64,000 bases of DNA from Eledone cirrhosa (taxonomy: Eukaryota), in NCBI GenBank assembly GCA_964016885.1, contig OZ024741.1, forward strand, positions 53,878,001 to 53,942,000, read 5' to 3'. Position 1 is the stretch's first letter, and each line of letters begins with the position of its first letter. This document shows, in pieces, positions 28,792 through 40,870 of the stretch. The notes below the pieces were generated by a model that did not search any database, was not told where the DNA came from, and worked only from the letters and a program-made list of their open reading frames with translations. The position numbers and the translations under genes were made by a program.

Positions 28792-30066
28792 AAGAGGGAG
28801 CGGGGAGACAGGGGAAGAGACGTAAAACTAGAAGAATACAGTCTATGTAAAATATGAAGCAGCAATGCGTTAACTAAATGTGCTTATAATAAAACAGACC
28901 ACGACCATGTTCCTTTTGTGTTGCGTTTCATATATTTACAGAAGATGTAAGTTATATATATATGATACTAACAAAACTTAATACAATAGTCGTGTTTTCT
29001 TTCCTAATGATGTATATTTAGAAGAATTCCGATTGCCAATTAACCACCAATCTTGGAACTTCTCCTCTTCCACTTCAATTTCTCTGTTGCTAGAGTTTTA
29101 ACTTCCATAGAGTTTTTTCCCTTACGTTGCAAAAGTTATGCAACGAACATGTGTTTCGAAACCATGAGCGGAATTTGAATTTTTAATAAGAAATTTGAAT
29201 TTTTAATAAGAAATTTAGAAGCTTCATCGAATATTTTGATTATAGAAATATAGTCTAAATATTAGGCGATCCAAGCCTATTTAACGGCAAGTGTGCTTTT
29301 GACTGCACAGATTCACTAGTTATGTATATTACTAAATCACTTAGTAACACATGAACTATTATTCGATAGCGAAAACAACTGACTAGTTTATGGCTGAAAA
29401 TGAAGAAATTTAATTAATTTTTATTGACCCCATTTATCTAAATGATTCCCGGTTATAATAATTTATATTTAGGTTTAGTAAAATTACAGTTGTGATCTTC
29501 AAAATGAAGCCTGATACAAGTAATGTTAAACTATGTTCTCTACGCTTATTTTATTAGTTATTTCTTTTGGCAGCAAGTTAATAGCATGACAAGCACAAGC
29601 GTTTGTTTCTGATAGGTATTGACGATAGTTTTAAAAGGTATTTGTAATATGTGCTGCTATCAATATCATATATTTTTGTTTAATTTTGTATAAATACGAA
29701 TGTATTTGTATCTGTAATTTTAAACTTCGGTAAATTTCTGCGAAATAAATAAAATCAAATATTTTATTTGGTTAAATTAAATTTGGTTAAATTGCATTTG
29801 GTTTAATTGCAGGAATATTTGTCGTCATGAATCAAAATATATTTTTTAAATATATAGAAAAGTCTAGCGGACGTTTCTATAAGATTTTACATGCTCCATC
29901 AAATTGAAAAATGAAATGTTTTCTATCGCTAAAATAGATATTCAACGATTTTATATTGTATATCAATATAAGATAGGAATATCTATTTGATTTCTTGAGA
30001 ATCAGTAAACACAGTGACGCAGTTTGTTGAGTTTCATCTTAACAAATAATATGTTCATCTTAACAA

Positions 30067-30250
30067 ATAATTGTTTCTACTTTAGGCACAAGGCCAGCAA
30101 TTACCCAGTGCATTACTGGTACTTTATTTTATCGACCCCGTAAGGATGAAAGGCAAAGTCAACCTCGGCGGGATTTGAACTCAGATCGTAAAGGGACGTA
30201 ACTATGCTGGAAAGCATGGCGTCCGACCGATACTGCCAATCCACCGCCCT
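30067..30250 (-). mobile_element. SINE family 1, full length, TSD tcttaacaaataat
   Basis: Matches consensus; 14-bp direct repeat at 30058-30071 and 30251-30264. Confidence 0.9.
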
Positions 30251-30378
30251 CTTAACAAATAATACGTCATTGTAAGGAATTTATACTGCCAATCCACCGT
30301 TCATCTTAACAAATAATACGCCATTGTAAGGAATTTATATTAAATTAAAATTGGTCTAGATTGTCTACGGTGTTGCGC

Positions 30379-30446
30379 AAATAATTTTGAGATAGAGCGC
30401 TCGTGATGATTGCAAACATCACGAGCGCTCTATCTCAAAATTATTT
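30379..30446. repeat. Perfect 30-bp inverted repeat with 8-nt loop
   Basis: aaataattttgagatagagcgctcgtgatg-attgcaaa-catcacgagcgctctatctcaaaattattt. Confidence 0.9.
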
Positions 30447-30620
30447 TTGAAAAGCATTAGAAATGCGCAACCGGTAAAAACTTAAAACTAAAACTGAATA
30501 CTAACAAATACTTATTACTAATTTATTCTTATTCCTAATTAAACTATTTTTCACTTGGAAAAATTTGTCAGCATTTTCTTTTCCTTTTACTAAAATATAT
30601 ATATATATATATATATATAT

Positions 30621-30676
<56 letters not shown>

Positions 30677-30679
<3 letters not shown>

Positions 30680-31152
30680 TAATTTATTCCTTTGTTCAAA
30701 TTTTGAATTTGACCGCCAAAACCGAGGGTTACCTCCCTTCGGGAATACCACGTGACTACTGGCCGTGTTTACTGCTAATATTCACAAACGGAGCAGGATA
30801 GAAGGAAAACTTGTTGACGAAGTAAATTCCACTGTTCTATCTTCCAAAACCAATAACTTGCAGGCCCCTGCAAGTGGATTTTGTTGATTTCGGATTTACA
30901 GAAACATAGCGGAGATATTATATAATATCAACACGATGGTCCAGGTTTGTCATATTTTCTTGAGTCAGTTTTTTTCGTTGCTTTGGTCACTGCGGCTCGC
31001 TTATCAGTCGCTGTCTTCAATTTGCAAAGCTGTCTAAACGTAATGTTATAACTCTGGGGTAATATACCTTATTGAGTGCTTAGCTGCACATCCCGATTGT
31101 ATTGGCTAGCTTAGCAGCAGCCGGAGCTTCGATTATGCTGTACTAACTTGTG
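30677..31152 (+). mobile_element. (TA)n-inserted non-coding element carrying structured motif copy C
   Basis: Colinear with 53180-53481 (gaataccacg, tgatttcggatt, gtccaggt, cttcaatttg, ttattgagtgctt, agcttcgatt); (TA)n on both sides. Confidence 0.65.
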
Positions 31153-31177
31153 TATATATATATATCTATATATATAT

Positions 31178-31287
31178 ATTAAAATAACAGATTAAAGTTT
31201 AAGCAAAGAATCGCTGCTTTACACCCTTATCCTGTTAAGGATGAAAGCAGCGATTCTTTGCTTAAACTTTAATCTGTTATTTTAATA
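31178..31287. repeat. Fold-back palindrome of the 19090-family terminus
   Basis: attaaaataacagattaaagtttaagcaaagaatcgctgcttt..aaagcagcgattctttgcttaaactttaatctgttattttaat. Confidence 0.85.
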
Positions 31288-31388
31288 AATATTTGCTCTA
31301 CGGTTCTTATGTATCTGATATATATTTATCCTTATCGAGCCCTCTTTGGATTTTACTCTTCAAATTTATTATTATTACTATATATATA

Positions 31389-31576
31389 GGGCGGTGGATT
31401 GGCAGTATCGGTAGAGGGTCGGACGCCATGCTTTCCAGCATAGTTACGTCCCTTTATGATCTGAGTTCAAATCCCGCCGAGGTTGACTTTGCCTTTCATC
31501 CTTACGGGGTCGATAAAATAAAGTACCTGTAATGCACTGGATAGTTGCTGGCCTTGTGCCTAAAGTAGAAACAATT
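31389..31576 (+). mobile_element. SINE family 1, full length
   Basis: Near-identical to 18818-19007. Confidence 0.9.
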
Positions 31577-31623
<47 letters not shown>

Positions 31624-31666
31624 ATATATATATGTGTATATATATATATGAGTATATATATATATG

Positions 31667-31724
31667 AGTCCAGAATTAGCCGTCGAAACGGCTTGAGCTC
31701 AGCTGTCGGGGTCTTACTGGTTCC

Positions 31725-31726
<2 letters not shown>
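31667..31726 (+). mobile_element. PLE pseudo-LTR fragment (3' half of HHR) in (TA)n
   Basis: agtccagaattagccgtcgaaacggcttgagctcagctgtcggggtc matches 9414-9466. Confidence 0.7.
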
Positions 31727-31820
<94 letters not shown>

Positions 31821-32975
31821 TTCTCTAAGGCGGGTAAAATTCCCGAGATCCATGGACGAGTTCTCTTCAGCGGTCTCTGTCCCTCATTATCGCTGCCATG
31901 TCCTGCGTCTCGAACAGACCAGTGTCTGCCCTTAGGGCATCAACATACGTTAACCTTGGTCTTCCTCTTCTAGTGTGTTCATGTAGGGGCTCCCAAAGGA
32001 GCACTGAGTGCAATGTCAACTCTGGATGTCGGTGAGCATGTCCAGCTAGCCACAGTCTCCTCTGTGTCACTTTTGAGCTGACTTTTGGGATGCTCCCATA
32101 CAGCTCTGAGTTTTTCATCCTCAGTGTATACTGATTAATGTTCAGAGCCATCCTCAACATTCTCGTGTAGCACCCATTCACCATCTGAGTGAGTTTGTTG
32201 GTCAGTGTCCAAGTCCCAGGCCCATACAGCAGCACAGACTCCACTACAGCAATGAAGAGGCGGACTTTCAGATCTCTACGAAGGTCCGACTTCCACACCG
32301 ATCTCAAGCTGTGGCACGCCGCCCAGGCCTTGCTCTTCCTCTCAACCACATCATCTTCCGTATTCCCAATCTTTGCTCCCAAATACAGGAAGCCCTCAAC
32401 CAATTCTAGCGGCTTCCCGCCTACATTAGTGATCCCCTCTGGCTTCTCAACATTCTCTACCAGATATTTTGTTTTAGTCACATTCATTCTCAGCCCCACA
32501 CTCGACACAGTCTCAAACTCCCGCATCAAATCCTCTGCCTCCTTCACTGTATTTGTCACCAAAACTATGTCGTCGGCAAATTCAGCATCCGATACCTTTT
32601 TCGCCCTAACTCTCCTGCTCTGAGCCGGTGCTACAGTAAAGCCAGAGTCCTGGTGTTTCTCCAGTGCAAGGCGCATACAATAGTCCACTACGATGATAAA
32701 AAGGTAGGGAGCCAATGTATCTCCCTGGAGCACTCCAGCCAGTATCTCAAACAACTCTGTCATCCCATCAGGTGTTATGACTTGGGCTTTGGTGTTGGTG
32801 TAGAGCAGTGATATCAGGTCCACTATCTTCTTGGGGATTCCATAAGCCTGTAAGATCTTCATCAGGCAGTAACGGTCCACAGAATCAAAGGCCTTCCTAA
32901 AGTCAATGAAAACCATGACCGCAGGAAGGCACTTTGCTCTAGCTCCCTCTAATATCCTCCTCAGCATCAGGATGT
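31821..32975 (-). mobile_element. 5'-truncated RTE-type non-LTR retrotransposon with intact 3' end followed by (TA)n
   Basis: Contains the 366-aa RT ORF. Coding sequence continues past a TGA to ..[12 protein letters not shown] then agaa(ta)n. Confidence 0.9.
31867..32967 (-). pseudogene. Reverse transcriptase (RTE-type LINE ORF, N-terminally truncated)
   Basis: [42 protein letters not shown] and RGRP motifs. No endonuclease domain because of 5' truncation. Confidence 0.9.
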
Positions 32976-33359
32976 TCCTTTGTTTTTCTTATTCCTTTGT
33001 TTTTCTCATTCCTTCCTTTTCTTTCTTTTTTATCTCCTCCTATGTTTATCTATCTCTTTCTTTTCTCCATACTTTTCTCTCTCTCTCCGATATTTCTCCA
33101 GGTTTTCTTTCTCTTTTCTTTCTCTTTTCTTTCTCTTTTCTTTCTCTTTTCTTTCTCTTTTCTTTCTCTTTTCTTTCTCTCTCTCTGTCTTTGTTCTTTT
33201 CTCATTCTTTCTCTCCGTTTTTTTCTCTCCGTCTTTTTCTAATTGTGCTTAACACTATGACTTATTATATGAACAAATTACTATCCAGACAGCCTCCAAA
33301 AGTAATGGTTGTATTTAAAGGGTACGTCAAACCTATTTGTAAAACTGTTATATATTGTA

Positions 33360-33420
33360 TTTTGTCTGATGAAGGCATACCATAATTTAATGTGGTATCC
33401 CTGAAATATGTATAATGAAA
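33360..33420 (+). ncRNA. Type I hammerhead ribozyme near the end of a pyrimidine-rich element (32976-33462)
   Basis: ttttgt-CTGATGA-agg.ataccata/tgtggtat.cct-GAAA-tatgta-TA-atgaaa. Stem I is weak (two GU pairs). Confidence 0.6.
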
Positions 33421-33461
33421 TAAATATGGTTTTATAAATATAGTTTCCATTTATTAATATC

Positions 33462-33527
<66 letters not shown>

Positions 33528-33657
33528 GTGAGGTTTTTTTACAAAATGAAAAATAACCGAGGTGTCCTACACGAGTGAAAGTATAAAGAAAAGGAGATGA
33601 AATCGAAAATGCAACTGGAGTCTTATTTTTTTTTTAAATATATATATTTATTTGGTT

Positions 33658-33695
33658 CCTTTACCGGTTTCGCAGTTCTTCTGCTTTTCAAACGG
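33658..33695 (-). ncRNA. Decayed minimal hammerhead (core TTGAAAA)
   Basis: Minus strand ccgt-TTGAAAA-gcag-aagaa-ctgc-GAAA-ccgg-TA-aagg; palindromic ACCGGT; two core substitutions. Confidence 0.4.
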
Positions 33696-34084
33696 TGAGT
33701 TGAGATGGAGGGTCTGTGGTTTTTCTCACATCTGGTTGGTCTCTGAATGTTACTTGTTTTATATGGAAAAAGTGGCTCGAAATGCCAGGTTTTTCGAGAA
33801 GTAATTTGATTGGTTTGTCAATAATTATAATAAATTTCGCGCCAGTTCGCGTTACAATAGTTCCTCAAATAAGAGGGGGGGGGGGGTTGTCACAGGTTGT
33901 TTTTTCATATATGAGTGTTTGAATTTCTTTTTACTTGAAAAAAGGAGGCTCACGAAGGCTGTTTTTTGGTTGGTTATAAATGAAATTATGGCAGTCACGT
34001 GAACAAATTTTCATTAAATGTTTGTGCCCTTATTTGGAAATCCATTCTGTAGCCTTTTTAGAGAATTTTTTGATAAGTAAAAGA

Positions 34085-34480
34085 TAATTGTTTCTACTTT
34101 AGGCACAAGGCCAGAAATTACCCAGTGCATTACTGGTACTTTATTTTATCGACCCCGTAAGGATGAAAGGCAAAGTCAACCTTGACGGGATTTGAACTCA
34201 GATCGTAAAGGGACGTAACTATGCTGGAAAGCATGGCGTCCGACCCTCTACCGATACTGCCAATCCACCTCCCTTGTAAGGGATAAGTAAAAGATAATTG
34301 TTTCTACTTTTAGGCACAAGGCCAGCAATTATCCAGTGCATTACTGGTACTTTATTTTATCGACCCCGTAAGGATGAAAGGCAAAGTCAACCTCGGCGGG
34401 ATTTGAACTCAGATCGTAAAGGGACGTAACTATGCTGGGAAGCATGGCGTCCGACCCTCTACCGATACTGCCAATCCACC
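34085..34480 (-). mobile_element. Two tandem SINE family 1 copies (34085-34272, 34295-34480)
   Basis: Both match consensus; each is preceded by gataagtaaaagataat. Confidence 0.9.
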
Positions 34481-34804
34481 GAAAGATAATGGTCAAGAGA
34501 AAGGGATGGGAGAATTGTTCTGGTTCAGTGAATATGGTTAGTTCGCTGGGGTGTCAGAATTCAGATTTTCTATTGAATAAAGAAAGTAAAGATACGTGTG
34601 TTTATTTGTGTGCTTGTGTGTGTGTGTGTGTGTTTGAATTTCTTTACTTTAAAAAAAGGTGGCTCACGAAGGCTTTTTTTTTAATAAACGTGATTTGATT
34701 GGTTATAAATGAAATTTGGCTGTCACGTGAACAAGTTTTCATTACATTTCTGCACCCTTATTTGGAAAACGATTCTGTAGTCTTTATAGCGAATATTATG
34801 ACAA

Positions 34805-35005
34805 TGGAAAGTTAGAGAATTGGATTCGCAATCGGGGGGTTGTGAGTTCGATTCCCGGGCTGGGTGATGCGTTAAGTCCTTGAGCAAGACACTTTATTTC
34901 ACGTTGCTTCTTCTATCTGGAGTTACGACCGATAGATAGTATGAGTAATTGGAAAGACCAACAGAGACATTGTTTCCACGGTCCGATTTGTCAAAAGTCG
35001 ATCGA
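34805..35005 (+). mobile_element. tRNA-derived SINE family 2
   Basis: B box gagttcgattcc; gtccttgagcaagacactttatttcacgttgcttcttcta core; reverse-complement match to 28485-28697. Confidence 0.8.
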
Positions 35006-35455
35006 CAATAGAATATATTTATATGTATATATTACTTTTTCTCTCTCGTAGTCTTTTATACATAACCTCTATGCTTTTTTAAATTCTATCTCTCTCACTC
35101 TATGTATATATTTCTCTCTATTCCTCTATGTCCCCCCTACCTCCAGCACCAGAGACTATGAAAAACACGAAAAGAGGATTGCATTCGAAAGTCATACGTG
35201 TGAGTAAAAGTGGGTGACTATAAGTGAAATAGCGAGATAACTAGCTATGAAGAGAGGGTCAAATGGCTTGGGGGGTTATGGAAATGTATGGGCAGAACCG
35301 TTATATATCTAGTTAGAAATACACCATACGTATACTGGATAGTGTACATTCATGAATTTATGCTGACCACAATAGTATTGCATCCGTCCATATCTAAATG
35401 TCTTCTTCAAACACCTTTGGCATTCTATAGATGTTAATAAAAGCTTCGGATATTT

Positions 35456-36246
35456 GGATTGGCAGCATCGATAGAGCGTCTGACGCCACGCTTTGCAACA
35501 AAGAGTTGCGGCCCTTTATGGTCTGAATTCAAATCCCGCCAAGGTTGAATTTGCCTTTCCATCCTTACGGGGTCGATACAATAAAGCACCAGTAATACAC
35601 TGGAATAATTGCTTGCTTTGTGCCAAAAGTAGAAATAATAATTATTATTAGATTAACAGCCTCATTAGAGCGTCTGATAAAAGGTTCCACAGTATTTGGT
35701 ACTTTATAGTATCAACCTCGAAAGAAAGAATAAAAGTTGATCTGAGAAGTATTTGAAGAGAAATTGTCGGAACAAATGCTGATATGAATTTGTTCGATGC
35801 TCTAACGATTCAGCCAATCTACCACACTAATAGTAATAATTGTTTCTACTTTTTGGCACAAGGCCACCAATTACCCAGTGCATTACTGGTACTTTATTTT
35901 ATCGACCCCGTAAGGATGAAAGGCAAAGATAGCCTCGGCCGGATTTGAACTCAGAAAGGCAAGGGCCGTAACTCTATGCGTCAAAGCATGGCGTCCGACC
36001 CTCTACACATACTGCCAATCCACTGCCATCTAATAGTAATAATGTAATAATAGTAATTTTTTTTCGGGGGGGGGGGGAGAACGTTGATTAAATCTACCCC
36101 AGTGCGTGTCTGGTACTTTAATTTATCGACCCTGTAAGGATGAAAGGGAAAGCTAACTTCGGCGAGATTTGAACACAGTACAGAAAGGCACATTACTCTA
36201 TGACTCGCAGCATGACGTCTGGCATTTTACCGACACTGCCAATCCA
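35456..36246. mobile_element. SINE family 1 cluster: 35456-35649 (+), 35836-36023 (-), 36053-36246 (-), plus a decayed remnant between
   Basis: Each matches the consensus. The 36053 copy is the longer variant with gattaaatc..ccccagt. Confidence 0.85.
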
Positions 36247-36259
36247 CAACCCTGATAGA

Positions 36260-36965
36260 GTTTGATTCGAAGCGGCAGTTTCCACCCGGAAACACTGCCA
36301 AGCAACGGGATTTTTGAAAGTTGTCAATAGTCTTCGGCTCGACTGACCAATTCAATTTTGTCGACGCTCAGATCCTTTCCAAGAACTTCGTCGCACTTGC
36401 CCATAACTACTCCTCTATAGAATTGTAGAGAGGAATTTCCACTGACCGCATTCCCCAGACTAGTAGATGGGTGCTTGGCAACGTTACACATGCGAGGCGT
36501 CCTGTCTTGGTCTTCTTTTGACACACGACGGAAACTCAGTCAAAGAGGCGTGTTGCGGAAAGACGTGCCTCACAAATATCGACCACACGTGTTTACCGTT
36601 CAATAATATCTACAAATGCCTCAGATTCATCGCATGTTTGCGCATCATCACCCACGGCATGTACAGCTCTCCAAGTAGTGAGTGCTGACAGCAACAATGG
36701 AATCTCTCCCTTCCGCAAGACGTGAAGGAACAGCTGCTTCAATCTAGTGAGGCGTGAACTGGAACAAAACTCAACGGTTAAGTGGTAATAGGTGACGAAC
36801 ATGATGTACACGATCGCCAGCTCCACCGACCTTTCACGGATAGCTTCCTCTCAGCCCATTTCTGTGTAGGAGTAAAAACTCTGCTCGTTACCTTGTCCCA
36901 GTTCCTATCCACTGGTCCGGACCGAAGCAAACCCAGAGCAGCTTGACCGACCTGTCCGTCCAGCG
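36260..36965 (-). pseudogene. L1/Tx1-type LINE ORF2 fragment (post-RT region)
   Basis: YYHLTV...SRLTRLKQLF..LRKGEIPLL and GNAVSGNSSLQFYRG shared with 54745-54975 and 62053-62358. Confidence 0.65.
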
Positions 36966-37199
36966 TCGGATGATGTAGCTCTCTAGGGCATGAGTTGCAG
37001 AACCACCAACTTATCCGAGTTGATTTTTGCTATCTCAAAGAAGACTTCATGTAGGCCCCTAAATATATATGCTAGGTGTTGTTTCATGTAGCCATTGGGT
37101 TACACATTCGAAGCGAAATTAGATAATTAATATGAATGTACTTAAAACTTGCTTCGAAAAAGATTCCATACTGTACATTTCGATCTTCTCCGTAAATTT

Positions 37200-37560
37200 C
37201 TACAGTTTATTTTGTGAATTATGGCTGGCTACACAATTTGATGTTGTTAGGAACGTGTTCAACAACCTATTCCAACAGTTAGATTTAAAGATCACAGACG
37301 ACACGTATCTAAGTATAGTTAATTTCTGACATATAATATTAGATTTAGGTAATGGAAAATACAACCCTTAGAATAAACCAAATGAGAAATTGCTGCATGA
37401 AATAAAAAATTCCAAGCCTAGCTTAATAATCCTTAAAAGCTTAATTATTAACATTGGAAAATGAATATATAAACTTTGTGTTCTTACGCGATATCCTTTA
37501 ACCTTGCTGCTCCTTATTTTAATGGCACATTAAATGACATTGGCTCCAAAGATGGAATAT
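37200..37560 (+). pseudogene. PLE RT C-terminus/thumb fragment
   Basis: LFQQLDLKIT....SIVNF*HIILDLGNGKYNP*NKPNEKL...FNLAAPYFNGTL matches PLE L.IT......VNFLD.TL.L....Y.PY.KPN...F..A.PYY..AL. Confidence 0.7.
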
Positions 37561-37907
37561 ATTACATATAAAAATGCATGCATTAATATTCATAAGCACA
37601 CAATTATTAAACGACATATAATCCAGCTGCTAGTACAATTGTCTGCTCCAGTGTTAACATGATTTTCCTAAATAGCGTTTAGGAAAATAGCCAGTATGAG
37701 CATGAGAATAATTCCAGTTTAAACACGTAAAACGTTTCTCCGGGTTTCATTGAAGTATTTAACTCTATTCCTGCGACAATATCGAAATACCACAACTACG
37801 ATGGGTGATACTCATAGCGTTGAGAATATTTGCATATTGCATCACGGGCTGCTAATCGGAATGACTAGATCTACCCATTATTGAAACCATCCAACCTAAA
37901 TTGTGTG

Positions 37908-37954
<47 letters not shown>

Positions 37955-37967
37955 ATAGTTTTGGAGG

Positions 37968-38138
37968 CTTATACTGCCAATAAAAACATTCGCACAGCCG
38001 GTAAGTTTGATAGACGGATGGTTGTTTATTTGCTTATTGCTAAAGCTCTTTCGTCACACATTCTGGGACCTCCTGATGGATTAATTTGTTATCTTGCGTC
38101 TCTCCTTTGTCCTGTCCTACACCATCTTGTTTTTGTCA
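37968..38138 (-). mobile_element. Diverged pseudo-LTR fragment of the 12959-15422 PLE family
   Basis: ctttcgtcacacattctg.gacctc and ttgt.ctgtcctac.ccatcttgtttttgt match 13170-13266. Confidence 0.7.
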
Positions 38139-38329
38139 GCTGTGAGTATATATATGGCGTGAGTGCTGTGCGAACTCTAGCAGCAAGAAATTCATGATGG
38201 AACGATAAAGCGCATCATTTAAAATCATCACCAGAAAAAATGCTAAATCATTATATCACACGCTCTGTACAGTATATGGCCCACCCACCAGAGTCTCTGC
38301 CCCACTACGAAGACAAGATGAAGTGACCA

Positions 38330-38960
38330 TTTTAACGGCCTCCTAAGCTATGTATCTCTCGTTAACCACAACTTGATTGAGACCATAGAGCAGGCTCTCG
38401 TCATAAAAAATGTTGATGCTCTCCCCACATTGAAAGAGACAAATGAACACTGGCAGAGCACCTGGGGAAAATGTTATAGTGACTAAAATAGTGCAATAAG
38501 GTGGTCTTAAAGCAAACGCTCTGCTGTATAAAATAAACCACCACGTGTGGTTAAAGGATGCAGTCCAATAGAACTGGAAGGATGTTATTCTCGTCTCCCT
38601 TTTCATGAAGGGGCCAAAATATGTTTGTGACAACTACAATGGGATCTCTTTGCTATAATTTATTAGTAAAATCTTTGCCATGATTATCCTTAATTCTCTG
38701 CTGATGCACGTTGCTCCTAAGATTCTGCTGGAATCTCAGTGTGATTCTTGTCTATATCAGGGGACTGCAGATATGATTTTCAATACATCACAAATGCTGG
38801 AGAGCCAGCTCTGAAACATCGAAAGGTTTTAAAAACAGACAGAACCGAATGACAAAATCTGATTGCCACCAGTGTGAAGAAACTTTAGACAAGCTCATTG
38901 GAGTATACTTTTGAAGTTGGATTCACCTGAGAGGTTTACGGGGCTTATTCGTTGAAAGCA
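38330..38960 (+). pseudogene. RTE (BovB-like) LINE RT N-terminal fragment
   Basis: GRAPGEN; WKDVILVSLF..KG..CDNYNGISLL*FISKIFAMIILNSL...ILLESQC...GTADMIF. Many stops. Confidence 0.75.
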
Positions 38961-38999
38961 TTGACCCAACACTGATGTTGGAATATATATGAAAAGATT

Positions 39000-39134
39000 C
39001 AGGACACAGACGGGACGGCTGAGATCCGGCCGTTTCGACAGGTAGATCCGAACTTTACCCACACGACTACCCCAAGTATCGAGTACTCTGGTGTGTTATG
39101 GTCCACCTGATATCTTACCACACCCTATTTGTCA
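39000..39134 (+). mobile_element. PLE terminal fragment with inverted HHR 3' half
   Basis: 39055-39134 matches 9469-9547. 39010-39040 (-) reads GAAA-cggc..gccg-TC. Confidence 0.6.
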
Positions 39135-39249
39135 TATATATATATATATATATATAGCTGGAGGGGTCGGACTGAGTATGGACGCGTATTTTTTTTTTCT
39201 CAATTTTCTTTCCTCCTTTTGTGAATTTCTATCGTACTATTTCATCTTT

Positions 39250-39382
39250 TATATCACATTCTATCGTCTAAAGAAGAAATAGTGTCCGAAACGTTAAGAC
39301 ACCTTTCCTATTATTTGAAGCATTAAACTTATATATTTCTTCATTATAGTGGGTATTTGCTTTGTTATTTCTGTTTGTTATT
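39250..39382 (+). mobile_element. PLE terminal fragment with decayed minimal HHR (gtccgaaacgttaagac family)
   Basis: Shares gtccgaaacgttaagac and tgttatttctgttt with 48979-49072. Confidence 0.5.
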
Positions 39383-39548
39383 TAGACCCACCCTCCCCTA
39401 CACACACACACATCACCCCCACACAAATACAAATATATATACGCACGCACACACACATATATATATATATATATATTAATATATATATATATATGTGTGT
39501 GAGAGAGTGTGTGTGTGTGGATATATATATATTTATATATATATATTT

Positions 39549-39622
<74 letters not shown>

Positions 39623-39850
39623 TGATCATTTTTTTTAAAGATATGAGAGAGAAAATATTTTGTTCGGAAGAAATTGGTAGTTATAAGCGTTTACTAATAA
39701 TATACGTTGGAAATTGTTGGCTATGATCACCTTTAGTTTATTTAGTCAATTACATGTCTACTTATTTTACAGTCCGCTAATACACATTCACATACACACA
39801 CATATATATACACTCATATAAATAAATATATATATGAGTCTATGTCTGTG

Positions 39851-39896
<46 letters not shown>

Positions 39897-39915
39897 TACA
39901 GTTATATACACACTT

Positions 39916-39955
<40 letters not shown>

Positions 39956-40277
39956 GCACATACATATATATATATATATAAATCAATACATACACACATG
40001 TATGCATACGTACATACACACTTGCACATATATGTATATGCGTATATATGTATATCTATATCTGTTTACGTGTGTATATGTGTTTTCTCTCGCCTGTATG
40101 TGTGAGAGAGAGGCAATATCCAGAATAATCATCTGCTTGTCTAGGTTAATTTCGTATCACAGTGTGAGATATCAAGTAATTTGCCCTAGTACTAGTTAAT
40201 TACTGCCGTCATTTTGGTTGACTGTTTCAACCCACACAAAATAACGTGAGAAATAATTAGTCTTTCATTATTATCAT

Positions 40278-40870
40278 TGGATTGGCAGTATCGGTAGAGG
40301 GTCGGACGCCATGCTTTGCAACACAGAGTTACGTTCCTTTACGGTCTGAGTTCAAATCATGCCGGGGTTAACTTTGCCTTTCATCCTTACGGGGTCGATA
40401 AAATATAGTACCAGTAATGTATTGGGGTTGATTTAATCGACGTTCCCCTCCCCCAAAATTGCTGGCCTTGTGCTTATATAAGAAACCATATTAGCAGTAT
40501 CGGTAGAGGGTTGGACGCCATGCTTTGCAGCAAAGAGTTCAAATCCCGCCGTGGTTAACATTACCTTTCATCCTTATGGGCTCGATAAAATAAAGTACCA
40601 GTAATGCACTGGGTAATTGCTGGCCCTGTACCAAAAGTAGAAACAATTATTATTATTATTGGGTGGTGGATTAGCAGTATCGGTAGAGCATCAGACACCA
40701 TGCTTCGTGGCATAGAGTTATAGCCCTTTACGTTCCGAGTTCAAATCCTGCCGAGGCTAGCTTTGCCTTTCATCCTTATGGGGTCGATAAAATAAAGTAC
40801 CAGTCACGTACTGGGATTGATTTCAACAAAATAATTGCTGGCCTTGTGCTTAAAGTAGTAACCTTTATTA
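40278..40870 (+). mobile_element. Three head-to-tail SINE family 1 copies (40278-40490, 40491-40660, 40661-40870)
   Basis: Three A-box/B-box/core units with differing internal deletions and (TTA)n tails. Confidence 0.9.
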
